From: Thermoanaerobaculia bacterium
Lineage (GTDB): Bacteria > Acidobacteriota > Thermoanaerobaculia > Gp7-AA8
DNA: 64,000 nucleotides
NCBI GenBank assembly: GCA_035636095.1
Contig: DASPZU010000015.1
Location: 15,371-79,370, forward strand
Reading direction: 5' to 3'
Below, piece after piece: positions 51,001 to 59,873 of the stretch. Made by a program: the position numbers and the translations under genes. Under the pieces are notes generated by a model. The model was not told the DNA's origin and did no database searches. It worked only from the letters and a program-made list of their open reading frames with translations. The stretch's first letter is position 1, and every line of letters begins with the position of its first letter.

Positions 51001-53753
51001 GTGGCGGAGCGGACGCTGTTCCACTGGATGCGGTGCAAATCGACAGTCACCGTGACGCCGGGAGCGGCCTCGCCGTTCAGCCCGACCGCGACGATGGAAG
51101 TGTCAATGCCCCTGGCAGCCTCAGCGAAGTACGGTGGCGCCTTGGTACCAATGTACCAAGGTAGCGGATCGACTCGGAAGGAGGCGCGGTTGGCGATGTG
51201 CTGGCGCGAGACGTCGGTCACGTCGCCTTCGAGGGTGTACGTGAACGGCCAGCCCGCCTTGAGGTCGGTGTCGAGATCGAGAGTGAGCAGCCCCTTGGCG
51301 TTCACCTTGGCGTCTTTTTTCGCGATCGTCCCGCCGGGGATGTTCTCCTCGTAGTCGCGTCCGAGAAAAGTGAATTGGTCTTCCGGATATCGATCGCGGA
51401 TCGCGGCCGGCACGTCGTAGGCCATCGATTTCGAGTACGTCCATTGCACCGGCCGCGAGGCCATCGGCGCGCCGAAGAGATACTGCGCGCTGACGGTGCC
51501 GGTCAGCTTCGTCCCAGCGATGGTGCTGGGCGAGTTGAGCGTAACGTCGACTCGGAAATCAGGGCGCCGATAGGCCGCCACCAGAAAACTTCCATAGACG
51601 CGAAGATGTTGCCCTTTCGCTCGTGCCAGAACCTGATAGCCGCCCAGCACGCCCTCGGCGGGAATGGTCATCGTCCATTCGGAGCTGCTCCACTCGTTGA
51701 GGTTGACGGTCCGCTTGTCGATTTCTTTGTCGTGGCTGTCGCGGACGCTGACGTCGACCGCGGTTTGTGGCAGCAGCTGCACTCCCGTCGGCGTGTCGCC
51801 GCGCAGGACGGCCTTGAAGTGCACCTCTTCGCCGAGCTTGTAGACGCCGCGGTCGGTGAAGACCTGGCCGCGAAGCAGCGAACCTGCTTCGGCCAGATTG
51901 AAGCTCGTTCCGAATTCCCACGGCTGCACGCCCTCATTCCAATTGCTGGCGGCGTAGGCCATGTCGCCGTCCTTTTCGGCAACCACGATGAAGTGAAGAT
52001 CGCCGAGCGCCGGCCACTCATTGACGTACTCCTCCTCGTCGGGCTTGGGTTCTTTCCGTTCGGCTCGCAGATCGGTGTTAGGCGCGACGACAATCCCATG
52101 CTCGTCGGTCGAACCGGTCCAAAACACTTTGTTGTCGGTTGTCCGAATCGAGACCTTGACTCCCGCCACCGGCGCCGCCGTGTCGAGTCGGGCGATCAGA
52201 ATCAGCGTGTTCTGCGGGCTGTCCTTGATCGAAATGCCGAGGTTCGTGACTTGCACCAGGGTGGAGGCGGTCTGGCCGACGATTGCGTGTGCGCGTGGGA
52301 TGGGTTGGCCGGCCTGCACTGCCGCCCACACAAATCCGTGGCCGTTGGCGCCGAGCACCGATTTCAGATTCAAACCGTAGGATTGGATCTTGTCGGGAAC
52401 CGGAGCAAACTTGCGTTCCGACGAAGCGGAAGGCGGCGTCTGATGAAACCCGTTCTTCTCCAGCTCGAGCATGGTCGGCATCATCTGCTCGATGGACAGC
52501 GGCATCATCCACTGCGTCGCGTTCTGAAAGTTTCGTGAGTGGAATGGAAGTACCGTTCCTCCGCTCGACTCCCACACCCCGTGTCCGTCCCCGAAGCTGA
52601 TGAAGGCCCGCTTGTGCCAATACTCGATCAAGCCCGTCCAGGTGTATCCGAGCTTTTGACCATCTTCGGATTCGAGATTCGGATCGACCCGGACTGCGTA
52701 TGTGTGCGCCGGCTGCAGCGAGAATCCGAGCTCGTCGAGACTCACGGAACTCGTGATGTTCCGCCAGTCGGGAACTTCGCGCTTCGCCCGAACGAGCGGA
52801 ACCTTGTGTGCGGGGTCCGTTACGTCCGCGACCTGGACCGCGTCGCGGATGTGCTCCCAGCTCGCGGAAGCGCGCAGCCCGATGGGGTTGTAATCTTCCG
52901 GCTCGCATTCCTTCTTGCACCAGAGCCCCGACACGAACAACGTTTGCCCGAGCTGAATGGTGTACGACTGATTGCGCCCGCTTGCGACTCTTCCGCTTCT
53001 TTCGACGAGCTTCTCATCGAGATAAACCTGAATCCAGGTATCGGGTGGAATTCCAGGCTTCGTTTCGACCACCACCAGATCTTTCGCGGGCGGAAAGAGC
53101 TTCTTGTCCCACTCGGTCGGAAAGAACGACAGAATCGGGACGCCATCGGACGCCGCTGCCTCTCGCGCCGCTGCAACTTTGGCCTCGAAGGCAGAATCGT
53201 TTTCGGCCGGAGCGTCAGGCTCGGGTAATTCGTGCGCTTTCGTTCGAAGCTGCAGATGCTGGCCGATGGTGTTGGCGTCGACGGGCTGATTGAATCGCAA
53301 TGCGATCACGACCGGCGCATCGAATCGGCCCCCCTTGCGATTCCAGTTGGTATTGAGAAGCGCGATGGTCGGCGTCGTGAACGAAAAGTCGTAGGCCTGA
53401 TCGAGCGTCTTGCCGCTGACGGCTTTCGCGTCGGCGTCGATGGTGACATCGAATTTCGTCGCGAACGGCAGCGGCGTTTTCGGATCGGGTGTGAAGATCA
53501 GCGTGGTCGTGCCGGACCAGCGAAAAATTCCGCTGACTTGCGGCGCGATGTGAAAAAAAGGAGCGGCAACGACTTTCGGGATTTTGCCGAGGACTACCAT
53601 CGGCTCAGAGAAGACGACCCGAATCTCGTTCGCTTCAGCGAGGCTGGCGATCTCGCCGACCGGACCCGCCTTGACAATGGTCAGCTTGTCGGCCGCGCGG
53701 GCGCCTGCCGCCACGAGCATGAGGAGGATGCAAACTGCCGCTTGACGAATCAT
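48045..53753 (-). CDS. Bacterial alpha-2-macroglobulin family protein (YfhM/ECAM-like), thioester-containing
   Basis: 1902 aa. Signal peptide MIRQAAVCILLMLVAAGARA. Thioester motif YPYGCAEQ. Classic pairing with pbpC. Confidence 0.9.
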   Translation of the reverse strand: MIRQAAVCILLMLVAAGARAADKLTIVKAGPVGEIASLAEANEIRVVFSEPMVVLGKIPKVVAAPFFHIAPQVSGIFRWSGTTTLIFTPDPKTPLPFATKFDVTIDADAKAVSGKTLDQAYDFSFTTPTIALLNTNWNRKGGRFDAPVVIALRFNQPVDANTIGQHLQLRTKAHELPEPDAPAENDSAFEAKVAAAREAAASDGVPILSFFPTEWDKKLFPPAKDLVVVETKPGIPPDTWIQVYLDEKLVERSGRVASGRNQSYTIQLGQTLFVSGLWCKKECEPEDYNPIGLRASASWEHIRDAVQVADVTDPAHKVPLVRAKREVPDWRNITSSVSLDELGFSLQPAHTYAVRVDPNLESEDGQKLGYTWTGLIEYWHKRAFISFGDGHGVWESSGGTVLPFHSRNFQNATQWMMPLSIEQMMPTMLELEKNGFHQTPPSASSERKFAPVPDKIQSYGLNLKSVLGANGHGFVWAAVQAGQPIPRAHAIVGQTASTLVQVTNLGISIKDSPQNTLILIARLDTAAPVAGVKVSIRTTDNKVFWTGSTDEHGIVVAPNTDLRAERKEPKPDEEEYVNEWPALGDLHFIVVAEKDGDMAYAASNWNEGVQPWEFGTSFNLAEAGSLLRGQVFTDRGVYKLGEEVHFKAVLRGDTPTGVQLLPQTAVDVSVRDSHDKEIDKRTVNLNEWSSSEWTMTIPAEGVLGGYQVLARAKGQHLRVYGSFLVAAYRRPDFRVDVTLNSPSTIAGTKLTGTVSAQYLFGAPMASRPVQWTYSKSMAYDVPAAIRDRYPEDQFTFLGRDYEENIPGGTIAKKDAKVNAKGLLTLDLDTDLKAGWPFTYTLEGDVTDVSRQHIANRASFRVDPLPWYIGTKAPPYFAEAARGIDTSIVAVGLNGEAAPGVTVTVDLHRIQWNSVRSATGNGFYTWETKRKEIPAGTWTITSEGQPVPLHVPLNDGGEYVLIARASDAQGRSTTTRSWFYALGPGYTAWARYDSNRIDLVPERKTYRPGETARIMIKSPWERATALLTTEREGVRTWTPFELTSTQQTVTVPITEHEIPNVFVSVLLVKGRTKEGVEDESDPGKPTFRLGYVELQVEDATKRLKVDVKANSSEFRPAARASVDVNVHDVDGKAVRSEVTLWAVDYGVLSLTGYRTPDVLESIYISKALQVVNDDSRQKIVSRRVLTPKGATQGGGGGAESGPGMMRRDFRVLAFWLGSIATDARGRAHADVTLPESLTTYRIMAVAGDKVSRFGWGQNEIRINKPVLLTQAFPRFLALGDKAYFGSVVHSQLKQGGRATVTIKSLDPAIVEITGDPTSAIDVGPQGTAEVRFNAAAKSVGVARLQMTVNLNGESDAFEDVLPVRLLSPTETVAAYGEAKPTARETLEVPHDVVPSIGGLHLELSSTAMVGLAEGAEYLVEYPYGCAEQRASGAMALMLTADLGDAFALPGIDAKKGRTIAQQTIIELYKFQCPNGGFAYWPGDCRFTSPYLTANVVHVLQRGQKLNYDVSADVLKRAYDYLDGSLKEQRPENEGWWPAYTAWQAFAVKVLVEGGRNEDSHINRLYSYVDRMPVFGIAFLADADPQHRTELLRRINNAILPEGGTAHVEELADPYLLWFWNSNVRSSAIVLDALVRNTADEQMTKQIVRWLMKVRVKGRWGNTQENAWAMESLIDYYKRYEKEPPNFTATATVADSVIARDEFRGRTTEAKTHDVPMMKLSGAPPTSAVIFNREGTGTLFYLVTLKYGLTGIFHDSADRGFSIERHYSQKDFKAGDLIKVTLRLRNTKERRYVAVTDPIPAGTEPVDTWFATTASEMSEQLRTDNPENYDWTSWWRHGGFDHIERHDDRVNLFATRLDEGVHEFTYLVRATTAGTFIAAPARVEEMYEPEVFGRTSTDVVEVKP

Positions 53754-53849
53754 GTCGATGCCGCTCCCCTGTCAATAAAAGTCGGCGATTGGGCATGAGC
53801 GAGGAAACCGAAAGGAAAATTTTGGACGCGATTGTGGCGGAAGTATGAC

Positions 53850-56048
53850 TCACTCGGCCGGAACAAGCGCGGCCGCCGGCCTTCCCAGCAGAAATCCCTG
53901 CACTTCCTCGCAGCCGGCGGCGCGCAGAAATGCCAGCTCCGCCGCGGTTTCGACGCCCTCAGCCACCACGCGCAGGTTGAGTCCACGGGCCATGGCGATG
54001 ATGGCGGACACGATGGCGCGGTCGGCGGCACTCCAATCGATGGCGTGCACGAATTCCTGATCGATCTTCACGCTGTGAATCGGAAACCGCCGCAGATAGC
54101 TCAGCGCCGAGTGACCGGTGCCGAAATCGTCCAGCGCCAGCTGCACGCCCATTTCGTTCAGCCGGTTGAGGGTCGCGATGGTGCGCTCCGAGTTCTGCAT
54201 GGCGGCGCTCTCAGTGATCTCGAGCTGCAGATCGCGCGGAGCAAGTCCCGATTCTTCCAGCGCGGCGCTGATCATCTTGACCAGGTCGGTGTGCTGAAAC
54301 TGCCACGGTGAAAGGTTCACCGACATGCGCAGCTCGGGATAGTCCCGCTGCCATCGCTTGGCCTGGCGACAAGCCTGACGCAGCACCCACTCCCCGATGG
54401 GTACGATCAGCCGCGTCTCTTCGGCAATGGGGATGAAGTCGGCCGGCTCGATCGGCTCCTGACCGGGACGATTCCAGCGCAAGAGCGCCTCCATCCCCAC
54501 CATCGATTCGGTCGCGACCTTGATGACGGGCTGATAGTGCAGGCTGAATTCGCCGCGCTCGATGGCATGCCGCAGGCTGTTCTCGAGCGACATCCGCTCC
54601 ATCGCGCGCGTGTTCATCGAGGGCGTGAAGAGCTGCACCAGGTTGGGCCCGGCTTCTTTGGCGCGATACATGGCGTGATCGGCATTCTTCAGCAGCGCTT
54701 CGGCGGTGTCGCCGTCGTTGGGAAACAGCGCGATGCCGACACTGGTGGTGATGAAGATCTCCGTCCCTTCGACACGGAGCGGCTGCGCGACGACGTCGAG
54801 GATCTTCTGCGCGATTCTGACCGCGTCATCGGCAGTTTTCAGGTTCGCGATGAGAATGGTGAACTCGTCGCCGCCCATGCGCGCGATCGAGTCTTCCTGC
54901 CGCAGCGCGCTTCGGAGCCGGATCGCGATGGCCTTGAGCAGCTCGTCACCGAAACTGTGCCCCAGGCTGTCGTTGACGTCCTTGAAGCGATCGAGATCGA
55001 GAAAGACAACCGCCAGCGGCGTGTCCATGCGCCGCGCGTGCGCCAGCGCGATGGTCAGGCGGTCGCGAAACAGCCGCCGGTTCGGCAAACCGGTCAGCGC
55101 GTCGTGGTAAGCCTGATGCTCGATCTGCTCCTCGACGATTTTTCTTTCCGTGATATCGCGCGAGACGCTGATGAACTCATCGACGTCGTTGGTGAGGGGA
55201 TTTCGCACCGAGCGGCTGGTGGTTTCGAACCACGCCGATGCTCCGCTCTTTTTCATGAGCCGGTAGGTGTAGGTCGTGGGCGTGGTCTCGTTGATCAGAT
55301 AGCTGAGATGCCGCGTCTCTTCACGATCATCGGGATGCATGAATTCGTAAATCGATCGGCCCACAAGCTCCGCGGCTTCATAGCCGATCAGTCGCCGACA
55401 GGCATCGGAGGCGTAGAGGATGATGCCGGAAGTGGTCGTGCGCGAGATGATGTCGGTCGAGTTCTCTGCCATCAGTCGGTAGCGGGCCTCACTCTCGCGC
55501 AAGGCGCGCTCCACGCGATTGCGCTGCAGCGCGTTGATGAAGATTTCGCCGGTGATCCTGAGCAGCGCCACGGTCTCGTCGGACCATTCCACTTTCGAGG
55601 CGCTGCCAACGCCCAGGACGCCGATGGTTTCACGGTTGTACAGCATTGGGATGGCGATGGCAGATCGATTGCCCCCTTCTTGATAGACCTCGCGCTCTCG
55701 TGCGGCCTCTTCCGGCATGTCGTCGACGTCCACCACGATGTGTTGCTGCTGCAGAAGGTGGCGCATGGTCCACGGAAAGTCGGCGATTGAAAAATTTCGG
55801 TCCGAACCGGTGGCGGGCCATTCATAGACCATACGCGCTGTTTTCCGATCATCAGAAAACAGATAGACGGAGGAGTGATCGGCGCCTACGAAGCGAGCAA
55901 CCGTGCCGAGGGCCTCACTGATGCCGTTGTCGATCTCCTCGGGCGGAAGATTGATGAAGTTCGTGGAAATCGACGAAATCAGCTTCTCGAAGTCGAGACG
56001 GTGGCGCAGCGAATTCGTCTTGGAGACCAAGCTTTGGAATCGTAACAA
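53850..56048 (-). CDS. GAF-PAS-GGDEF-EAL signalling protein
   Basis: N-terminal GAF-like and PAS regions. GGDEF (IARMGGDEF) and EAL (EALLRW) motifs are intact. TTG start. Confidence 0.9.
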   Translation of the reverse strand: MLRFQSLVSKTNSLRHRLDFEKLISSISTNFINLPPEEIDNGISEALGTVARFVGADHSSVYLFSDDRKTARMVYEWPATGSDRNFSIADFPWTMRHLLQQQHIVVDVDDMPEEAAREREVYQEGGNRSAIAIPMLYNRETIGVLGVGSASKVEWSDETVALLRITGEIFINALQRNRVERALRESEARYRLMAENSTDIISRTTTSGIILYASDACRRLIGYEAAELVGRSIYEFMHPDDREETRHLSYLINETTPTTYTYRLMKKSGASAWFETTSRSVRNPLTNDVDEFISVSRDITERKIVEEQIEHQAYHDALTGLPNRRLFRDRLTIALAHARRMDTPLAVVFLDLDRFKDVNDSLGHSFGDELLKAIAIRLRSALRQEDSIARMGGDEFTILIANLKTADDAVRIAQKILDVVAQPLRVEGTEIFITTSVGIALFPNDGDTAEALLKNADHAMYRAKEAGPNLVQLFTPSMNTRAMERMSLENSLRHAIERGEFSLHYQPVIKVATESMVGMEALLRWNRPGQEPIEPADFIPIAEETRLIVPIGEWVLRQACRQAKRWQRDYPELRMSVNLSPWQFQHTDLVKMISAALEESGLAPRDLQLEITESAAMQNSERTIATLNRLNEMGVQLALDDFGTGHSALSYLRRFPIHSVKIDQEFVHAIDWSAADRAIVSAIIAMARGLNLRVVAEGVETAAELAFLRAAGCEEVQGFLLGRPAAALVPAE

Positions 56049-56054
56049 ATGCGG

Positions 56055-56756
56055 TTAGGAGCAGCGTTCCAGCGGGTAGATTTTGACGCTCACTTCGCCG
56101 GCGTAATGCCTCATGGGCTGCGTCTCGGCGTGGCGAATGCCGGCCGCCCACGTCATCGTCTCCTGGCAGTCGTCGACCACGGCGCGCTGCACACGGTAGG
56201 GCCGATGGTGGACGCGTGCCCGACGGAGTCGGCGGTCGTCGCCGGTGGTGTAGAGGATGTAACGCTCGATGAGGAAATGCTCGATGGTATCGGGACTCGC
56301 CTGCGTGACGATGCCGTCCATGGCGCGGTAGCGAATTCGCAGGTTCGCGGGCGTGGTCCCACGGGGATCGTCACGCCTGGCAACGAAGTCGATCGTCGGA
56401 AGAGCCTCGGTCGACGCGAAAAAGTCGATCCTGGAATGGAAATACGGCAGCTTGTAAGCCGCTCGCGCCGCAGCCACCGCGATCGCGCTCGACGCATCGA
56501 GGCTGAAGAACCACACCCCGGGATCGCGGCCGCCCAGATGCACGTAGGTCCGCACGTTGACTTCATGAAAATTCGAGATCCACGGAAGCGGCGGCGTCAT
56601 CACCGCCCGAACACCCGTCATGGTAAACGGCACCAGACCGACATAGGCCTTTCCGTCGAACGTATCGACGGTCAATTCCGGAGCGATCAGCTTCTGCAAT
56701 TCCTGCGGAGGGACTTCCCAATGCAGAAACAGCAGGTGGTGCCAGTTCTGATGCAT
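56055..56756 (-). CDS. DUF2071 (YqjF-like) family protein
   Basis: ATG at 56756; MHQNWHHLLFLHWEVP is the typical family N-terminus. The track ORF is over-extended. Confidence 0.55.
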   Translation of the reverse strand: MHQNWHHLLFLHWEVPPQELQKLIAPELTVDTFDGKAYVGLVPFTMTGVRAVMTPPLPWISNFHEVNVRTYVHLGGRDPGVWFFSLDASSAIAVAAARAAYKLPYFHSRIDFFASTEALPTIDFVARRDDPRGTTPANLRIRYRAMDGIVTQASPDTIEHFLIERYILYTTGDDRRLRRARVHHRPYRVQRAVVDDCQETMTWAAGIRHAETQPMRHYAGEVSVKIYPLERCS

Positions 56757-56821
56757 GACCACCGGCGCGTCGGGCTGGCGAGTGGGCGCAATGCGGTCGA
56801 TATCCAATAGAATCCAATCCG

Positions 56822-57280
56822 ATGAGGCGTTTTGGGCTGCTGACTTTGTCTTTCGCCATTTTTGCATGCGCGAGCTCGAAGCAGGCGGCCTCGAAGCCAA
56901 AAATCGCCGAGCCGGGAATCGGGCTGGAGCAGGAGGTTGGGCCCGCGCAGCTTGGTTACCCGTACGGCCCGATCGAGATCAAGTACAACCTCAGCGTTCA
57001 AAACAACGCCGCCATCGCCATCACACTGATCCGCGTTGACATCCAGTCGATCAATCCGGCCGGCGGCGCGTACAACCTGCGGCACAGCTTCTACAACTTC
57101 AAGCAGGAGATTCCGCCTAACAGCGTCGGCGTGGTGACCTTCTGGGCGAGGGCATTCGGGTGGGGCCGCGGACTGCGTGAAAACGAACCGGTGAGCGTGC
57201 GCGGAGTGGCGTACTTCGAATCGCCGAGCGGGGCGCTGCAGAAGGTGTTCATCCGCGAACTGTCCCAGTATCCGGACTAA
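56822..57280 (+). CDS. Hypothetical lipoprotein
   Basis: MRRFGLLTLSFAIFACASSKQ with a lipobox-like FAC. Confidence 0.5.
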   Translation: MRRFGLLTLSFAIFACASSKQAASKPKIAEPGIGLEQEVGPAQLGYPYGPIEIKYNLSVQNNAAIAITLIRVDIQSINPAGGAYNLRHSFYNFKQEIPPNSVGVVTFWARAFGWGRGLRENEPVSVRGVAYFESPSGALQKVFIRELSQYPD

Positions 57281-58119
57281 CGCAGTGGACGCATCCGCTG
57301 CTGCAAGAGCCAGCGCGCCATTCCGGCGTCGGCGTAGGCAAGATCCCACGCATCGTGTCCAATGCCCGGATACTCGGTGTATGTCACCGTTCCACCGCCG
57401 CGCCGAAGAGCTTCGACCATGTTGCGCGACTCGCGCACGGGAACTTCATCGTCCCTGGTTCCGTGAAACGCCCACACCGGGGTCGTGCCGATTGCCTGTG
57501 CCAATGCCGAATATGGATCGGGCGCACCGACGATGCGCGCGATGTCCGGCGGCAGCTCGACCGGAAACGGATCGGCGGGATCGCGTGCGACTTCGCCGCA
57601 GATCGGAACCACAGCCGCGAATCTCCGGCGATGGCGCGCCATGTACCACGCACCCGTCCCGCCCATCGAGATGCCGGTGAGGTACACCCGTCGCCGATCG
57701 CCATGGAATTCGCGAATCGAGCTTTCGAGCGCTGCCATCACCTGCGATTCCATGTCGCCGTACCACTCCTGCCCGAAGCCGCATTGCGGAAAGATCACCA
57801 CCGCTTTGTACCGGTCGCCGAAATGCTCGAGTGCCGGAGCGAGACCTAACGCCAGTTGCCTTTCGTTGTCATCGCCCCGCTCATTGCTGCCGTGCAGAAA
57901 GAGAATCACCGGCCAGTGATGCACCTTCGTGTAATGCGGCGGCAGCCAGACGCGATAGCGATACTGATGATCGCCGAGGGAGACGCTGCGCTCGAGAAAA
58001 CGAGACTCGCGGGCGCAGGACAGGAGAAGGCAGAAGGCAAAAAGCAGAAGGCAGAAGTAAGAAGATTGCTTTGCGGTTACTTCTGCCTTCTGCCTTCTGC
58101 TTTCTGCCTTTTCGATCAC
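57277..58119 (-). CDS. Alpha/beta-hydrolase esterase (phospholipase/carboxylesterase or PHB-depolymerase-like), probable lipoprotein
   Basis: ILFLHGSNERGDD...GISMGGTGAW...GHDAW gives a Ser-Asp-His triad. The only start compatible with the upstream GT2 stop is GTG at 58119 (GTGA overlap). That gives a signal peptide ...YFCLLLFAFCLLLSC (lipobox) encoded by the GAAGGCA/TGCCTTC hairpin. The track N-terminus of about 130 aa is spurious. Confidence 0.65.
   Translation of the reverse strand: MIEKAESRRQKAEVTAKQSSYFCLLLFAFCLLLSCARESRFLERSVSLGDHQYRYRVWLPPHYTKVHHWPVILFLHGSNERGDDNERQLALGLAPALEHFGDRYKAVVIFPQCGFGQEWYGDMESQVMAALESSIREFHGDRRRVYLTGISMGGTGAWYMARHRRRFAAVVPICGEVARDPADPFPVELPPDIARIVGAPDPYSALAQAIGTTPVWAFHGTRDDEVPVRESRNMVEALRRGGGTVTYTEYPGIGHDAWDLAYADAGMARWLLQQRMRPLR
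58026..58110 (-). repeat. Heptamer-array hairpin (GAAGGCA x4 / TGCCTTC x4) inside the 5' end of the esterase CDS
   Basis: GAAGGCAGAAGGCAAAAAGCAGAAGGCAGAAGtaagaagattgctttgcggttaCTTCTGCCTTCTGCCTTCTGCTTTCTGCCTT. Confidence 0.65.
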
Positions 58120-58829
58120 TCGAACAGATCGTATTCGGTGACCGGCAGCGGCGACGACTGCTCCGCCATGTCGGACTGCCAGGTCGCGAAGACATACAGA
58201 TCCCAATGGAGGAGAAAAACCTCGCGACTCATTTCCCAGCGCGCGGCAAGGCCCGGCCACAATCCGCGTTTGCTCTCTTTGATGAGGTGGCCGAGGTTGT
58301 AGACGATGGTCTGCTGTTGCCGGAAGCCGGCGTGCGAGCAGAAAAAGTTGAGGGCGGCCTCGATCTTGAAGCGCTCCTGATACCGCACCGGAACGGTCTC
58401 CCACACTGCCCGGCGCATGACTCGGATGCCGGAAAGAACTGGACCGACCTTCATCTGCAGATGGAAAAAGTTGCGGATCCAGCCGCGGCTGCGCACGCCG
58501 ATGTTCATGTCGCATTGGTCGCGCAGAACGGGCGTAATGAGCGCTGCGATGTGATCGTCGGTGACGTCGAACATATCGCCATCGACAAAGAAGAGGATGT
58601 CGTGCCGGGCGTAGTCCACGCCGACGCGCATGGCGTATCCCTTGCCGCGGTTCTCGCGCAGGGCAATGGTGGTGACATCGAAGGAGCGGGCGATCTCGAC
58701 GGTGGCATCGGTCGAGCCGTCGCTGACCACGATGATTTCGTCAATCAGCCGGTTACGCGTCAGTACCGTGAGGACTTCAGCGATCGTTTTCTCTTCGTTA
58801 TACGCGGCGATGATTGCCGAAATCCCCAA
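58116..58829 (-). CDS. Family-2 glycosyltransferase
   Basis: ISAIIAAYNEE...VVSDGSTD...FVDGD carries the GT2 DxD and D motifs. TTG start. Confidence 0.8.
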   Translation of the reverse strand: MGISAIIAAYNEEKTIAEVLTVLTRNRLIDEIIVVSDGSTDATVEIARSFDVTTIALRENRGKGYAMRVGVDYARHDILFFVDGDMFDVTDDHIAALITPVLRDQCDMNIGVRSRGWIRNFFHLQMKVGPVLSGIRVMRRAVWETVPVRYQERFKIEAALNFFCSHAGFRQQQTIVYNLGHLIKESKRGLWPGLAARWEMSREVFLLHWDLYVFATWQSDMAEQSSPLPVTEYDLFE

Positions 58830-58893
58830 ACTTCACCTCAAAACGCCACTCTCTTTGCAACCGGCAGACCATAACACACCCGCCCACCCGCCC

Positions 58894-58967
58894 GGTCCTG
58901 AGTGCTGAGTCCTGAGTCCTGAGTCCTGAGCGGGCGAGTGTGTCTCAGGACTCAGAACTCAGGACTC
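58894..58967 (+). repeat. Heptamer-array hairpin (GTCCTGA x5 / TCAGGAC x3) in a divergent promoter region, with a CCCACCCGCCCGG leader
   Basis: cgcCCACCCGCCCGGTCCTGAGTGCTGAGTCCTGAGTCCTGAGTCCTGAGcgggcgagtgtgtCTCAGGACTCAGAACTCAGGACTC. Confidence 0.65.
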
Positions 58968-58988
58968 GCTTTTGCAGAACTCGCCAGC

Positions 58989-59447
58989 ATGAGACGCACA
59001 CTTACTTACGTATCGGTTTTGTTTTTGTTGAGCGGCTGCAACACGCTCGCGAATCTGCACATCATCAACCCGACCTATTCGATTCGGGGTATCGACCCGC
59101 GCGTCAACCTCGGGATCCCGCCCACGATGGACTTTGACTTCACGGTGGGCGTCGACAACCCGAATTCAGTCGCGCTGCGACTCGATCACTTCGATTTCGA
59201 TTTGTTGATCAACAACAATCGGGTGCTGAACAACGTTCGCAGCGATCAGGGCATCCACATCCCGGCACGCGGTACCGGCGACGTGCATCTGACATCGCAT
59301 GTCACGTACGACAACCTCCGGACGATCTTTAACGAAGTGGCAAACGTCGTCCAGGGGAACCGCGCCACGTACGCCATTCAAGGCAATGCCTATTACGACA
59401 CGCCGGCGGGCCGGGTGCAGTTCCCCGTAACGGTTTATTCGCGTTAG
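58989..59447 (+). CDS. LEA_2 / WHy-domain lipoprotein
   Basis: ATG at 58989. MRRTLTYVSVLFLLSGC lipobox. FTVGVDNPNSVALRLDHFDFDL is typical of the WHy/LEA14 fold. Confidence 0.6.
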   Translation: MRRTLTYVSVLFLLSGCNTLANLHIINPTYSIRGIDPRVNLGIPPTMDFDFTVGVDNPNSVALRLDHFDFDLLINNNRVLNNVRSDQGIHIPARGTGDVHLTSHVTYDNLRTIFNEVANVVQGNRATYAIQGNAYYDTPAGRVQFPVTVYSR

Positions 59448-59824
59448 CCGCGAACGTTGCGCGTGACGGTAATGGTGTCGGCCAGAAAGCGGCCGTTGCC
59501 GCTGTTGCCGCTGACGTTGATCTGGTCTCCGCGCTCGAGATCGGTGACGTTGTATCCGCTGTTGCCCTGGTAGACGACCTTGGTGCGGTTGTCGTAATAG
59601 ATCGACTGATTGCCCTGCGAGTTGCGCAGATTGTTCACGTACTGGATGTTGACATCGATCCGCTGATTCGTGGTGTCCACGAAGTTGACGGTCGCCTGCA
59701 CCGTCCCCGAATTGCTGCTCGACGTCTGCGGAACGCCGAAGATGCTGCCGAGGTCGCCAAGACCGCTGTTGGAGCTACAGGCAGCCATCAGCAGAACCAG
59801 CGCCACAATCGAAAGCTTACGCAT
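59444..59824 (-). CDS. Hypothetical lipoprotein
   Basis: ATG at 59824. MRKLSIVALVLLMAACSS lipobox. N/S/G/Q-rich. Confidence 0.5.
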   Translation of the reverse strand: MRKLSIVALVLLMAACSSNSGLGDLGSIFGVPQTSSSNSGTVQATVNFVDTTNQRIDVNIQYVNNLRNSQGNQSIYYDNRTKVVYQGNSGYNVTDLERGDQINVSGNSGNGRFLADTITVTRNVRG

Positions 59825-59873
59825 ACAAAACCTCCTATCGGTCGTGCACAATGAGAGAGCAAGGATCAAGCCG

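Noticed and set aside
51198-52538. 446-aa plus-strand ORF, plus several 200-300-aa ORFs inside the A2M gene
   Set aside because: They are antisense to the well-supported alpha-2-macroglobulin CDS.
54537-55790. 417-aa plus-strand ORF
   Set aside because: It is antisense to the GAF-PAS-GGDEF-EAL gene.
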